This document shows, one piece after another, positions 9,896 to 19,849 of a stretch of 64,000 bases of DNA. The DNA comes from Capsulimonadaceae bacterium (lineage in GTDB: Bacteria; Armatimonadota; Armatimonadia; Armatimonadales; Capsulimonadaceae). Below the pieces are notes generated by a model. That model did no database searches. It was given only the letters and a program-made list of their open reading frames with translations, and was not told the DNA's origin. The position numbers and the translations under genes were made by a program. The DNA lies in assembly GCA_965215505.1 (NCBI GenBank), contig OZ244065.1:416001-480000 (forward strand), written 5' to 3'. Position 1 is the stretch's first letter, and the number at the start of each line of letters is the position of its first letter.

Positions 9896-10807
9896 TCATA
9901 GCCTCAGCAGCCGCCGGGCGTTCCCCGCCGTCACCATGTCGAACTCGACGACGGACAGGGCCGTCTCCACGTTACGGAGCGCCCGGCGCTGGGAGAACAG
10001 GGGGTAGTCGGAGCCGAACAGCAGGCGCGTGGGCCCCAGATTGTCACAGAGGCGGCGGATGAGGCGGGGGGGCTGCCAGCTCGTTTCCAGGTACAGGTTC
10101 GGGTGGGCCAGGGCGATTTTGAGGGCCGCGCCGGGGGTGTCCCAGCCGGAATGGCCGCAGACGAAGGTGAGGGTGGGGAACTCGGCCAGCAGGCGCGGCA
10201 GGGCGACGTGCCAGGGCGTCTCCAGCGGCTCGTAGATGGGGAAGTTGCCGGTGTGAAGGTAGACGGGCAGGTGCGCGCAGTCGGACTCGGCCAGCAGGCG
10301 CAGCATGACGCGCAGGCGGGGCGAGTCCAGCGGAAGGCGCTGCAAGTCGCTGTGGAATTTGAGGCCGACGATCGGCTCGGTCAGCAGGCGGGCGAACCGC
10401 TCGGGGTAGTCGTCGCCGGCGGGGTCGCAGGACCCGAACGGCAGCAGCAGGCCCGGCAGGTGGCGGCAGGCGTCTAGGACCTCGGGTGTCGGGACGAACG
10501 GGTCAATGGCGACCACGACCGCCTGGGTCACGCCGGTCTGGGACATCTCCGCCAGCAGGGCGGAGGCGTCGGCCTCGATCATGCGGCGCGACATTTCGGT
10601 GTAGATGAGCGGTCCCATGCGGCGGTAGGTCCGCAGCGCCTCGGGCGTCCGCAGCCGCTCCGCCACCGCATCCACGGCCTCGCGGGTCCACTGGCCCAGC
10701 AGGCGGGCGGCGGGGAGGGCGGGGGCGACTGTCCGGTAGTAGTTCCCCTCGGCGGCGGGCATCCGGGAGCCGGGCGTCGTGATGTGGCAATGGAAGTCTA
10801 TGATCAC
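9896..10807 (-). CDS. Amidohydrolase_2 family metal-dependent hydrolase
   Basis: IIDFHCH, GLKFH, YLHTG, GHSG, LLFGSDYP; GTG start at 10807. Confidence 0.9.
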   Translation of the reverse strand: MIIDFHCHITTPGSRMPAAEGNYYRTVAPALPAARLLGQWTREAVDAVAERLRTPEALRTYRRMGPLIYTEMSRRMIEADASALLAEMSQTGVTQAVVVAIDPFVPTPEVLDACRHLPGLLLPFGSCDPAGDDYPERFARLLTEPIVGLKFHSDLQRLPLDSPRLRVMLRLLAESDCAHLPVYLHTGNFPIYEPLETPWHVALPRLLAEFPTLTFVCGHSGWDTPGAALKIALAHPNLYLETSWQPPRLIRRLCDNLGPTRLLFGSDYPLFSQRRALRNVETALSVVEFDMVTAGNARRLLRL

Positions 10808-10877
10808 GGGGACATGATACCCCGATGGGGCACGGTTGCCGGTTGACCGCTGCGGCGTCATGTGCTACAATTCTTTA

Positions 10878-12206
10878 GTGACCACTATGCGCGTCGTAGA
10901 CATCATTCGAAGGAAACGCGAGGGCGGGGCGCATCCGGACGAGGAGATACAGTTCCTCGTCCAGAGCTACGCCCAGGGCATCACCCCCGACTATCAGATG
11001 AGCGCCTGGCTCATGGCCGTCCTGTGGCGCGGGCTGACCGAGGGCGAGACGTTCGCCCTGACTAGGGCCATGGTCGCTTCCGGGGACACGCTGGACCTGA
11101 CGGGGCTGGACGGGCCGTTCCTGGACAAGCACAGCACGGGCGGGGTGGGGGACAAGACGACACTTGCCGTCGTTCCCATCCTGGCCTCGGCCGGCGTGCG
11201 GATGCCGAAGATGTCCGGGCGCGGGCTGGGGCACACGGGCGGGACTCTGGACAAGCTGGAGTCATTGGGCGGGACGCGGGTCGAGCTGACGGCGGACGAG
11301 ATACGCGAGCAGGTCGAAGAGATCGGGGCCTGCCTCTGCGCCCAGACCGGCCGGCTCGTCCCCGCCGACCGGAAGATGTACGCCCTGCGCGACGCCACCG
11401 ACACCGTCGGGTCGCTGCCTCTGATCGCCGCCAGCATCATGAGCAAGAAGATCGCGGGCGGCTGCCCGTCCATCCTGCTGGACGTGAAGGTCGGCGGCGG
11501 GGCCTTCATGAAGAGCCTGCCCGATGCGCGCGCCCTGGCCCATCTGATGATCCAGATCGGCACGGCGTCTGGGCGGACGGTCGCCGCCGTGCTGTCCGAC
11601 ATGGACATGCCGCTCGGGTACGGCGTCGGCAACCGCATCGAGGTGCGTGAGGTCGTCCGCCTGCTGCAAGATGATCCCCAGACCGAGACGCGGCTCAAGA
11701 GCCTTGTCGTGACGCTCTCCGGCGCGGGCTTTCTCTTGGCCGGGCGCGTCGGCAGTCTGGCGGAAGGCGAGGCGCTGGCACAGGCGCAGATCGCCTCCGG
11801 GGCGGCCTTCGCGAAGCTGCGCGAGATCATCGCCTACCAGGGGGGTGACACGGATTTCCTTACTGACGACAATAAGCCGCCCGTCTCACGCGTCCGTCTG
11901 GACGTGACCGCCGCGCAAAGCGGCTGGGTGCGGCGGCTTGATGCCGAGGCCATCGGCCTGGCCGCCATGCGTCTCGGGGCGGGGCGCGCGGCAAAAGAGG
12001 ACCACATTGACCCGGTCGCGGGCGTCATCCTGCGCCGGACCGTCGGCCAGCCCGTCACCCAGGGCGAGGTCGTCGCCACACTCTACACTGATGAGGAAGC
12101 CGCCGCACGGGCGGCGGCCCCGCTCGTTTCGGAAGCCTTCGCGCTTGGAACCGCCGCACCTGACCCGCAGCCAGTGATCTATGAAACCATCGGCCTCGAC
12201 CTCTGA
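10878..12206 (+). CDS. pdp: Pyrimidine-nucleoside/thymidine phosphorylase
   Basis: DKHSTGGVGDK, KMSGRGLGHTGGTLDKLES, SIMSKKIA, LDVKVGGGAFMK. Confidence 0.95.
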   Translation: MTTMRVVDIIRRKREGGAHPDEEIQFLVQSYAQGITPDYQMSAWLMAVLWRGLTEGETFALTRAMVASGDTLDLTGLDGPFLDKHSTGGVGDKTTLAVVPILASAGVRMPKMSGRGLGHTGGTLDKLESLGGTRVELTADEIREQVEEIGACLCAQTGRLVPADRKMYALRDATDTVGSLPLIAASIMSKKIAGGCPSILLDVKVGGGAFMKSLPDARALAHLMIQIGTASGRTVAAVLSDMDMPLGYGVGNRIEVREVVRLLQDDPQTETRLKSLVVTLSGAGFLLAGRVGSLAEGEALAQAQIASGAAFAKLREIIAYQGGDTDFLTDDNKPPVSRVRLDVTAAQSGWVRRLDAEAIGLAAMRLGAGRAAKEDHIDPVAGVILRRTVGQPVTQGEVVATLYTDEEAAARAAAPLVSEAFALGTAAPDPQPVIYETIGLDL

Positions 12207-12663
12207 ACTGTCCGCTTTGAAAGACGTACTGTGCGCCGAGTGGGACCGGCTGAACCAGAGCCATTTTGGCGGCACGCTGGCGATTCCCGAGATCGTCGTC
12301 TCTACCCGCAAGACTTTCGGCGGCTACTACCAGCCCTCCCGCCACCGCATCGTCGTGAGCTGGCAGGCCTACCACGAACACGGCCTGGAGGAGACTCTGA
12401 ACACCTTCCGGCACGAAGTCGCCCACGTCGTCCACCCCAATCATAGCGCGGCCTTCTGGACCCTCGCCCGCGCCCTGGGCGTGACCAAACGCTACGCCTC
12501 GCCGCCAGTCGCGCGGCAGGGCCGCCGCTACATCTACGCCTGCCCCGCCTGCGAGCGCCGCATCGAGCGCCGCCGCCGCCTGCGGGACGCCTCCTGCGCC
12601 GCCTGCGACGCGCACTACAACCCGCGCTACGCCCTGCGGCTGGTCGCGACCGAGGCGTCCTAG
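12181..12663 (+). CDS. SprT-like zinc metalloprotease
   Basis: HEVAH (HExxH) plus a C-terminal CPAC...CAAC zinc ribbon. Confidence 0.85.
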   Translation: MKPSASTSELSALKDVLCAEWDRLNQSHFGGTLAIPEIVVSTRKTFGGYYQPSRHRIVVSWQAYHEHGLEETLNTFRHEVAHVVHPNHSAAFWTLARALGVTKRYASPPVARQGRRYIYACPACERRIERRRRLRDASCAACDAHYNPRYALRLVATEAS

Positions 12664-12690
12664 GGACATGACATGGGGCGCTCCTCCTCG

Positions 12691-12719
12691 TTGACAGCCC
12701 CGCGCCCCCGTGCCATAAT
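12691..12719 (+). promoter_or_regulatory. sigma70-type promoter of the kinase gene
   Basis: TTGACA-N17-CATAAT. Confidence 0.7.
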
Positions 12720-12742
12720 GGGGACGCGCGAAAGGCAAAACA

Positions 12743-13351
12743 ATGAAGTTCAACACCATCCTACTGTTCGGCGCTCCCGGCAGCGGCAAGGGGACGCAGG
12801 GGCACACCCTGGGCAGCATCCCCGGCCTGGTCCACGTCGCCTGCGGCGAGATCTTCCGGGACCTGCGGGTCGGCACGCCGCTGGGCCGCGTCTTCCTCGA
12901 CTACAGTAGCCGGGGGGCGCTGGTGCCCGACGACTTCACCGTGCAGCTCTGGCAGGAACACATCGAGGGCCTGATCCGGCTCGGGCGGTACGACCCCGAT
13001 ACCGACATCCTGATCCTCGACGGCATCCCGCGCAACGTCGCCCAGGCGCGGCTGATGGACAACCACATCGACGTCCGGCGGCTCTATTACCTGGACTGCG
13101 CGGACAAGGCGAAGATGGTCCTGCGCCTGAAGCGCCGCGCCCTGCACGAGAACCGGCTGGACGACGCCTCGGACGAGACCATTCAAACGCGGCTCTACGT
13201 CTATGAGGCCGAGACAGCGCCGGTCCTGAGCCACTACCCGCCGGAGAAGGTATGCCGCATCGACACGGGCCGGTCGCCCGTCGAGGTGCTGGCCGACATC
13301 CTCGCCGATATGCGGGAACTGCTGGGCGGTGCGGAAAAAGAATCCGACTGA
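12743..13351 (+). CDS. Adenylate kinase family nucleoside-monophosphate kinase (short LID)
   Basis: GAPGSGKGTQ, GALVPD, LDGIPRNVAQA, RLDD. Confidence 0.9.
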   Translation: MKFNTILLFGAPGSGKGTQGHTLGSIPGLVHVACGEIFRDLRVGTPLGRVFLDYSSRGALVPDDFTVQLWQEHIEGLIRLGRYDPDTDILILDGIPRNVAQARLMDNHIDVRRLYYLDCADKAKMVLRLKRRALHENRLDDASDETIQTRLYVYEAETAPVLSHYPPEKVCRIDTGRSPVEVLADILADMRELLGGAEKESD

Positions 13352-13402
13352 CCGCGAAACGGAACGAATTCCGGGCGAAAGCGGTTATAATAAGTGTGAC
13401 AT

Positions 13403-13820
13403 GGGGGCGATTGGTTTCGATCGGGGGATTGATCTCTCAGGTAGCGAGTCGAGGCGCCGCTGGCCTCGTTAAAAAGCGGTAAAAACAATAAACGCGAAGA
13501 ACACTTCTTTCGCCACAGCACGGACCTCGTTCGCGCTGGCTGCCTAACTTTTCCCTCGGGACTAGCTAGTCGGTTCTAGAGTCGCCTCCGGGCGGCCCGT
13601 CCCGTCCCCGCCCGCCCGCCGAGGGGAGCCGGGGCGTCACCCATGCGGGCTACCGCGCACGGACTGCCGTCCGACGCGCGCGGGAAACAAAGGACAGCTA
13701 GCGCTCTCGTCAGCCTGCCGCTTGGCGTGCGGGGCGCGAAATTCAAACAAACGGCTATGCTTGTAGAAGCCTGAGTTGTCGCTGCTCGACACGACGGTTC
13801 GAATCCGTCCGCCTCCACCA
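13403..13820 (+). ncRNA. ssrA: tmRNA (418 nt); tag (A)AKNTSFATARTSFALAA
   Basis: 5' GGGGGCG pairs with 3' CGCCTCC-ACCA with a G3:U wobble; T-arm GGTTCGAATCC; tag frame 13494-13547 ends ALAA*; TATAAT at 13386. Confidence 0.95.
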
Positions 13821-13830
13821 TGAACGCAGA

Positions 13831-13858
13831 GGGCGCTCCCGAAAGGGAGCGCCTTTTT
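13831..13858 (+). terminator. Intrinsic terminator of ssrA
   Basis: ggcgctccc-gaaa-gggagcgcc followed by TTTTT. Confidence 0.9.
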
Positions 13859-13990
13859 GCTTTTCTCCCCTATTTCGCCCTGTTTTGCCTGATTTTCTCC
13901 TGTATTCCTTGACCTATGACTCCCACCTGTGTTAGAATGCCGGAACAGACTGTACTTATCCATGCGTCACACGTTCAGGAGAATAATCGA

Positions 13991-15832
13991 ATGAGGACAT
14001 CGCCACCCGGCGCCGACGGCCCGGCCCTCCGCCCGCGCGCCCTCCGCTGCCTGCTCCTTGTTGGCCTTTTCGCGCTCCCGCTCGCCTGCGCCCAGGCCGA
14101 CCCGACGCCCGCCACGATCCTCATCGGCGGGCGCATCGTGCCGTTCGAGGTCAAGCCGTTCGTCGGCCCCGACGGGCAGGTCGAGGCCCCCGTGGACGCC
14201 GTCCAGCTTTTGGGGGCGAGGTTCGCCCCCGGCGCGGACGGCATGGTTACGGTCACCGCCGCCAACGGCCGCCGCGTCAGCGCCCCGTACACGCTCGTGC
14301 AGGGCCGGTACTGTGTCCCGTTCCAGAAGGTCGCTACGGCGCTCGGCGGCACGGCGGACTGGCAGCCGGCCACGGCGACGCTGACGGTCCGAGCGCGGCT
14401 CCAAATGGTGCGGCAGGACAACAACGCCCTCACCATCTACACTTCCTATCCGGTCTACTACAGCGTCAAGCGTATAGACAACCCGGAACGGCTTTATGTG
14501 GACCTGTTCGGGCTTGACCTCGCGACGACTGCCGCCAGCATCCCGGCGTCGGGCAGCGTGACGCACATCCGCAGCGGGCAGGTTGACCCGCAGACGGTCC
14601 GCATCACGATTGATCTGAAACAGGGCATGCCCTTTCGGGTCGTGAGCGGCATCCAGACCAGTCAGGTCCGGGTCGCCCTGGGCGAGTCCGAGCCGCCCCC
14701 GGCTCCGGTCGCCCCCGCCCCGCCGGTCGTCGCCGTCAGCTCGCCGCCTCAGATTCCGGCCCATCCCGCACAGGTGACGATCACTGCCGTAGACTATCAC
14801 GTCGTCAGCCCCGCCCTTACCCAAATCCGGGTCACAACGACCGGGGCTGCCAAGTATCGCACCGAGGCCCTGGACAGCCCGAACCGCCTGGCGTTCGACC
14901 TGGCCGGGGCCGTCCTCGACCGCGGCGTCCGCCTGACGCAGTCCGTGGACAACCCCGTCATCAAGGCCATCCGTGTCGGCAAGGTGTTCACCGACCACAC
15001 GGCCTTCGGCCGGGTCGTCCTGGATTTGTCCAAGATGGTCGGCTTCTCCGTGGACAGCCGTTCGAGCGGCGAGGGCATGACCTACCTGATCAATGTCATC
15101 ACGACCGGGGAGGGTACGGCCCCCGCGCCGCCGGTCGTCGCCCAGGCCCCCCCCGACGGCGGCCTCCGGCCCGCGCCCGTGACGGCGGGCCTTGCCGGCA
15201 AGGTCATCGTCGTTGACCCCGGCCACGGCGGCAGGGACACCGGCGCGGTTGACGCCTTCCGGACCCGGCAGGTCTACGAGAAGGACATCGCGCTCGCCAT
15301 CGCGCGCCGGGTCCGGGACGTCCTGACGCAGAGCGGCGCGACCGTCCTGATGACGCGCAACAGCGACATCCTGCCCTCCGTGGAGTCGCGGCCCCTGTTC
15401 GCGAACGCCCACCACGCGGACTATTTCGTCAGCATCCACTGCGACTCGGCGGAGGTGCAGAACGCCCGGTCCGGGACCGCCGTGTATTTCCACGGGGCGA
15501 ACGGGGTGTGCCGCCTGATGGCGGCGGACATCGGCCGCCGCGTCAGCCAGGTCTCCGGCCTCCCTTACAACGGCGTCCGGTCAGACATGATCCAGTACGG
15601 CGGGCGCTTCGTCACCGGCTACGGCGTCCTGCGGACCAGTGAGATGCCCGCCGTCCTCGTTGAAACCGGCTTCATGACCAACGACAACGACCTCGCCAAG
15701 CTGCGCGACGATGCGACACAGGAAAAGATCGCCGAGGGGGTCGTCGCGGGCCTGCGCGACTTCAGCTCCGACCAAGTCACGTCCCTGCGCTCCGCCAGCG
15801 GCGGGCGCGGCGTCCCCCGGAGCGCCTACTGA
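13991..15832 (+). CDS. N-acetylmuramoyl-L-alanine amidase (Amidase_3) with AMIN domains
   Basis: NPERLYVDL and SPNRLAFDL AMIN motifs; VDPGHGG, EKD, FVSIH, PAVLVETGF. Confidence 0.92.
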   Translation: MRTSPPGADGPALRPRALRCLLLVGLFALPLACAQADPTPATILIGGRIVPFEVKPFVGPDGQVEAPVDAVQLLGARFAPGADGMVTVTAANGRRVSAPYTLVQGRYCVPFQKVATALGGTADWQPATATLTVRARLQMVRQDNNALTIYTSYPVYYSVKRIDNPERLYVDLFGLDLATTAASIPASGSVTHIRSGQVDPQTVRITIDLKQGMPFRVVSGIQTSQVRVALGESEPPPAPVAPAPPVVAVSSPPQIPAHPAQVTITAVDYHVVSPALTQIRVTTTGAAKYRTEALDSPNRLAFDLAGAVLDRGVRLTQSVDNPVIKAIRVGKVFTDHTAFGRVVLDLSKMVGFSVDSRSSGEGMTYLINVITTGEGTAPAPPVVAQAPPDGGLRPAPVTAGLAGKVIVVDPGHGGRDTGAVDAFRTRQVYEKDIALAIARRVRDVLTQSGATVLMTRNSDILPSVESRPLFANAHHADYFVSIHCDSAEVQNARSGTAVYFHGANGVCRLMAADIGRRVSQVSGLPYNGVRSDMIQYGGRFVTGYGVLRTSEMPAVLVETGFMTNDNDLAKLRDDATQEKIAEGVVAGLRDFSSDQVTSLRSASGGRGVPRSAY

Positions 15833-15833
15833 T

Positions 15834-16379
15834 TTGAGGAACCTCGCCCTCTGCGTCGCCCTGGGGTCCGCCGCGCTCGTGCTGACGGGATGCCACCGTG
15901 ACGGCCCCATGACGGCCCCGCCGTCCGCGCCCGCCGCTACCCGCCCGGCCCCGCGTGACAAAGCCGTCGTTTACGTCGTCAACCCGAAGGCGACCGGCGA
16001 CCAGGACCCTTTGATGCCGCGCACCGTCGTGCTGCGCCACCCCGACTCGCCGGCCCGTGATGCCGTGGATGCGCTCCTCCAGGCGAGCGGCAGCCCCCTT
16101 CCGGCGGGGACGGCCCTGCGCGGCATCACGATTGTTGATGGGGTAGCGACCCTCGACTTCTCGCGCAGCCCCATCAACGAAACCGGCGGCGAGGGCGGGC
16201 AGGGGGACGCCCTCGCCGCACTCGCCCGGACTCTAGGCCAGTTCCCCGAGATACATCAGTACCGCATCGAGGTGAAGGGGCAGCCGCTCCCCTCCCTCGG
16301 CGAGCAGGGGGCGGTGGACGGTCCGATGGACGTCATCCGGCCCGAGGGCGCGGCGCAGGCGAAGGGAGATGCCCAATGA
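15834..16379 (+). CDS. GerMN-domain lipoprotein
   Basis: TTG start, lipobox LTGC; PAGTALRGI..DGVATLDFS...TLGQFPEI. Confidence 0.82.
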   Translation: MRNLALCVALGSAALVLTGCHRDGPMTAPPSAPAATRPAPRDKAVVYVVNPKATGDQDPLMPRTVVLRHPDSPARDAVDALLQASGSPLPAGTALRGITIVDGVATLDFSRSPINETGGEGGQGDALAALARTLGQFPEIHQYRIEVKGQPLPSLGEQGAVDGPMDVIRPEGAAQAKGDAQ

Positions 16380-17182
16380 GCCTGCCACGCGCCGACATCG
16401 GCGTCTTCGACTCGGGGGTGGGCGGCCTCAGCGTCCTGCGCGAGATACGACGGCAGATGCCCGGCGCGTCCGTCCTGTACCTCGCGGACACGGCCAACGT
16501 CCCCTATGGCGACAAGCCGATCCCCGTCGTGCGGGACCTCGCCCTGCGCCTGACGGACCGCCTGGTCGAGGCGGGCGCGCGCCTGGTCATCATGGCGAGC
16601 GGGACTTCCACCGTCGCCGGCCTGGAAGCCGCCCGCGCGCGCCATCCCCACCTCCCCATCGTCGGCACCGTCGAGCCGGGCGCGCGGTCCGCAGTGGAGG
16701 CGTCTAGCGGGGCCATCGGGGTCATCTCCACCAATGCAACCGCCCATTCCCTTGCTTTCACGCGCGCCGTCCAGGCCCTCGACCCGAACCGGCGCGTCAT
16801 CGAGCAGGGCTGCCCGCGCTTCGTGCCGCTCGTCGAGTCAGGCCGCACCGAAACTGAAGACGCCGAAGACGCCGCCCGCGAGTATTTGGAGCCGCTGCGC
16901 GCGGCCAATGTCCAGAGCATCATCCTCGGCTGCACCCACTTCCCCTTCCTGCTGCCCGCCCTGCACCGCGCGATTGAGGGCATGGCCGATCCGGGGTTCC
17001 GTCCCACATTCGTGGACCCCTCGGAAGAAGCCGTCCATGTCGCTGCCTCGCTGTTTGCAGCCTCAGAGACTTCGGACGCCCCTGTCCATTTCGCGGCCTC
17101 CGGCGATCCCGAAGACTTCCGGCATCACGCCTCCGCCCTTCTCGGCGAGGCGATCGCCTCGGTTCTACCCCTCGCGCTCTGA
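16376..17182 (+). CDS. murI: Glutamate racemase
   Basis: IGVFDSGVGGLSVL, PYGDK, ILGCTHFP; the usual ACNTA motif reads ASGTS. Confidence 0.9.
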   Translation: MSLPRADIGVFDSGVGGLSVLREIRRQMPGASVLYLADTANVPYGDKPIPVVRDLALRLTDRLVEAGARLVIMASGTSTVAGLEAARARHPHLPIVGTVEPGARSAVEASSGAIGVISTNATAHSLAFTRAVQALDPNRRVIEQGCPRFVPLVESGRTETEDAEDAAREYLEPLRAANVQSIILGCTHFPFLLPALHRAIEGMADPGFRPTFVDPSEEAVHVAASLFAASETSDAPVHFAASGDPEDFRHHASALLGEAIASVLPLAL

Positions 17183-17188
17183 AGTGGC

Positions 17189-17794
17189 TCAGGCGTTTGA
17201 CCACAACGGCTTGACGTGGAAAGGGGTGCCCGGCATCAGCCCAGGGCCGGAAGACGGCAGCCAGGTCTCGAGGTAACCCCTCAGCCGCTCGGCCTCATGC
17301 GGCGGAACCCGCGCGCCGACATGGCCGTCCGGGCGGACGAGGTAGAGGGATGGTTTCACAACCCCATACGCCCGGTGCGCCGCTTGATCCAGGTCATACA
17401 AAACCGAAAACCCGGATGGAACACCGGCGACCGTCGAGACAAGGTAGCAGGGCAGGTCCGGGCGGCCAAGAGCGAGTGCCGCGTTCAGCGCCACACCCGC
17501 GTCGCCCGGCTGGACGCCGGTGAAAGCGAGCAGAGTCCATCCGCCGGCATAGAGCGTGTCGTACAGCCGCACGGACTTGGTGCCCTGGACCACGTCGGCA
17601 TCGAGGGCGCGGTCCCCGGCACACAGCCCCCGCCCTCCCATCCGTTCCAGCGTCAGCGGACTCTTGCGCGTGTTGACGGTGAGTTGGCTGAACGCCTGCG
17701 CCATCTTGTACTCGCCGCCCCGGTTGAGCAGAGGCTCGGCCAGCCCGCTCATCAATGTCTGCATCCCCTTCGGCGTCACGAGGGTCGTGTACAA
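17189..17794 (-). pseudogene. C-terminal fragment of a PheA/TfdB-type FAD-dependent monooxygenase
   Basis: AGDRALD, WTLLAF, AYG...LYLVRPDGHV C-terminal domain; no N-terminal GxGxxG FAD domain. Confidence 0.75.
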
Positions 17795-18413
17795 CTCCCG
17801 AGACTACTTCACCGCACATCGCGCCGAGTACGAGCGGGCGGTCCGCGCCCCGCTGTACGACCTGCTGACGGACCTGTCGGCGGAGTTCGGCGGCACCGTC
17901 AAGCTGTTCCGGCAGAACCGCGACGTGCGGTTCTCCGCCGACAAGCGGCCCTACAAGGCCAACGCTTCCGGCGTCCTGATGGACCGCCCGGGCACGTCGG
18001 CGGCGCTGTATGTTGCGGTCTCGGCGGACGGCTTGCAGGCGGCGACCGGCTACTACGGGCTGGCCTCGGATCAACTCGTGCGGTTCCGGCACGCCCTCAC
18101 GGCGGGCGAGGACGTGGTGGCTGTCGGCGAAGAACTGCGGGGGATACTTGGCGCTCTCACCGAGGCGGGATGGGAGGTGGACGGGGCGGCGATGAAGGGG
18201 ATGCCGCGCGGTGTCGCCAAAGACGTTGCGAACGCGGACCTGGTGCGCTGTAAATCGCTGACGGTGGGAGGAAGTCTGGAGCCGGAGAGGATGTGTGACG
18301 CCTCGGTAACCGAGTGGGTCGCGGGCATCTGGAGGGCGGCGGGGCCGATGAACGCCTGGCTCGACCGGCACGTCGGGGCCAGTACCCTCCTGGCGGACAG
18401 TAGGGGGCGCTGA
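17787..18413 (+). pseudogene. DUF2461-family protein, 5'-truncated
   Basis: NSRDYF..HRAEYE, FRQNRDVRFSADKRPYK; the short N-terminal segment is missing. Confidence 0.75.
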
Positions 18414-18414
18414 G

Positions 18415-18981
18415 TCAACCGCCCTGCAGGACCGCCCGCACCTGAGCCAGCCAGGAAAGCTCACTCTCGCACTCGCCGATGGCATAAACCACCATTAACT
18501 CAGCAATCTGCGCCAGCGGCGCGGGTTCCGCCCGGACGGTCGCCAGGTGTTCATGCTCGGTGGCGATCTTCTTTTGCAGGAACTCCGCTCTCCTTGAGAT
18601 CATGCGCTCCCGCGTCTCACGCGAGGCGTGAGGTGACAATGCCAGCCAGGTCAGGAATGGCGGCGGGATGCGCTGCTCCGCCCACTCCTCACGCCCCAAA
18701 GCCTCTGTGAACGCCTGACGCCCCTGCTCCGTGATCTGATAGACCTGCCGCTCCGGCCCTACACTCGCCGATGCGTCGGCGACCGCCCGGATCATGCCCC
18801 GCTCCGACAGTTTCCGGAGTGAGTAGTACACCTGGGGACGGGAGACCCCCGCCCAATCCCTGACCTCACGGCGCTCAAGCTCCGCGTTCAGCTCATAGCC
18901 GTGCTGGTCCTTCTCGGTGAACAGGCTCAGGATCACGAGGTCCGGCGTGGTGAGCCGGGTGGGCGAGGTTGACATCTTCAA
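18415..18981 (-). CDS. PadR-family transcriptional regulator
   Basis: HGYEL, SRPQVYYSLRKL, GPERQVYQITEQG. Confidence 0.88.
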   Translation of the reverse strand: MKMSTSPTRLTTPDLVILSLFTEKDQHGYELNAELERREVRDWAGVSRPQVYYSLRKLSERGMIRAVADASASVGPERQVYQITEQGRQAFTEALGREEWAEQRIPPPFLTWLALSPHASRETRERMISRRAEFLQKKIATEHEHLATVRAEPAPLAQIAELMVVYAIGECESELSWLAQVRAVLQGG

Positions 18982-19030
18982 TTCTCCTGTGTCATAATAC
19001 TCTATTCTAATTTAGACTAGAGGTGCCCAG

Positions 19031-19777
19031 TTGCCCGAGTCCCAGAACAAGCCGCAGTATGGCATTGACGCGCCGGAGTTCATCTATGGTTTCTTTCTCG
19101 CCGGGAGCGTCCTCTCAATCGCCGGTCGTTTCGCACCGCCATTCCGGCTGCTTGGTAGGAGGGTTTCGGCCGTCGGCCCGGCCCTCCGCGCCCTGGGGCT
19201 GGCAAGCCTGACACTGGGCACGTCCATGCTTGCCTACGGCCTGCGCGGGAAGTTCAACGTCCGGGACCTCATGCTCTCCATGATCACCTGGAGAGGGGAT
19301 GAGGCCGTCCTGGACATCGGGACCGGGCGCGGGCTTCTGGCGATCGGCGCGGCGAAGCGGCTGACTACGGGGCAGGTCACGGCCATTGACATCTGGAGTG
19401 CCAAAGACCTGTCCGGCAACACTCTAGAGAACGCGCAGGCCAACGTGCGCCTCGAAGGCGTCCAAGACAAGGTGGACTTCAGAAATGAAGATGTCCGCCG
19501 TCTGAGTTTTGCCGACGACAGCTTCGACGTGATCCTGTCGCTCCTCTGCCTGCACAACATCGAGGGCAAAGAGGGCCGGAAAGAGCGCGATGCGGCCTGC
19601 TGGGAGATCGCCCGCGTCCTGAAGCCAGGCGGCACGGCCGTGATCGGAGACTATATCAAGACCGCCGAGTATTCTGAAGCCTTCGCAGAAGCGGGACTGA
19701 CTGTACAGAGCCGGGCCTCATACCTGCGCCAAGCATACGGCCTGATGTACATCGTGATCGCCAGGAAAGCGGCCTGA
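19031..19777 (+). CDS. Class I SAM-dependent methyltransferase
   Basis: VLDIGTGRG, IDIW, SFDVI, LHNI, RVLKPGG. Confidence 0.9.
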   Translation: MPESQNKPQYGIDAPEFIYGFFLAGSVLSIAGRFAPPFRLLGRRVSAVGPALRALGLASLTLGTSMLAYGLRGKFNVRDLMLSMITWRGDEAVLDIGTGRGLLAIGAAKRLTTGQVTAIDIWSAKDLSGNTLENAQANVRLEGVQDKVDFRNEDVRRLSFADDSFDVILSLLCLHNIEGKEGRKERDAACWEIARVLKPGGTAVIGDYIKTAEYSEAFAEAGLTVQSRASYLRQAYGLMYIVIARKAA

Positions 19778-19849
19778 AGGCCGCCTCAGGCTTTAACGCT
19801 CCCCCGCTTCGGGTATACTCAGCCAAATCCCCATTGCTGAGGTACTCCC

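Noticed and set aside
13780..13820. tRNA-like T-arm and CCA end
   Set aside because: It is the 3' tRNA-like domain of tmRNA; there is no anticodon arm
17556..17786. Long N-terminal extension of the DUF2461 ORF (start 17556)
   Set aside because: It is the antisense of the monooxygenase fragment, open by chance
19811..19819. GGGTAT before rph (also hflX, recD2 and 56712) as SigB-like promoters
   Set aside because: These read as GG+TATACT/TATAAT sigma70 -10 elements and I saw no convincing GTTT-type -35 at 14-nt spacing
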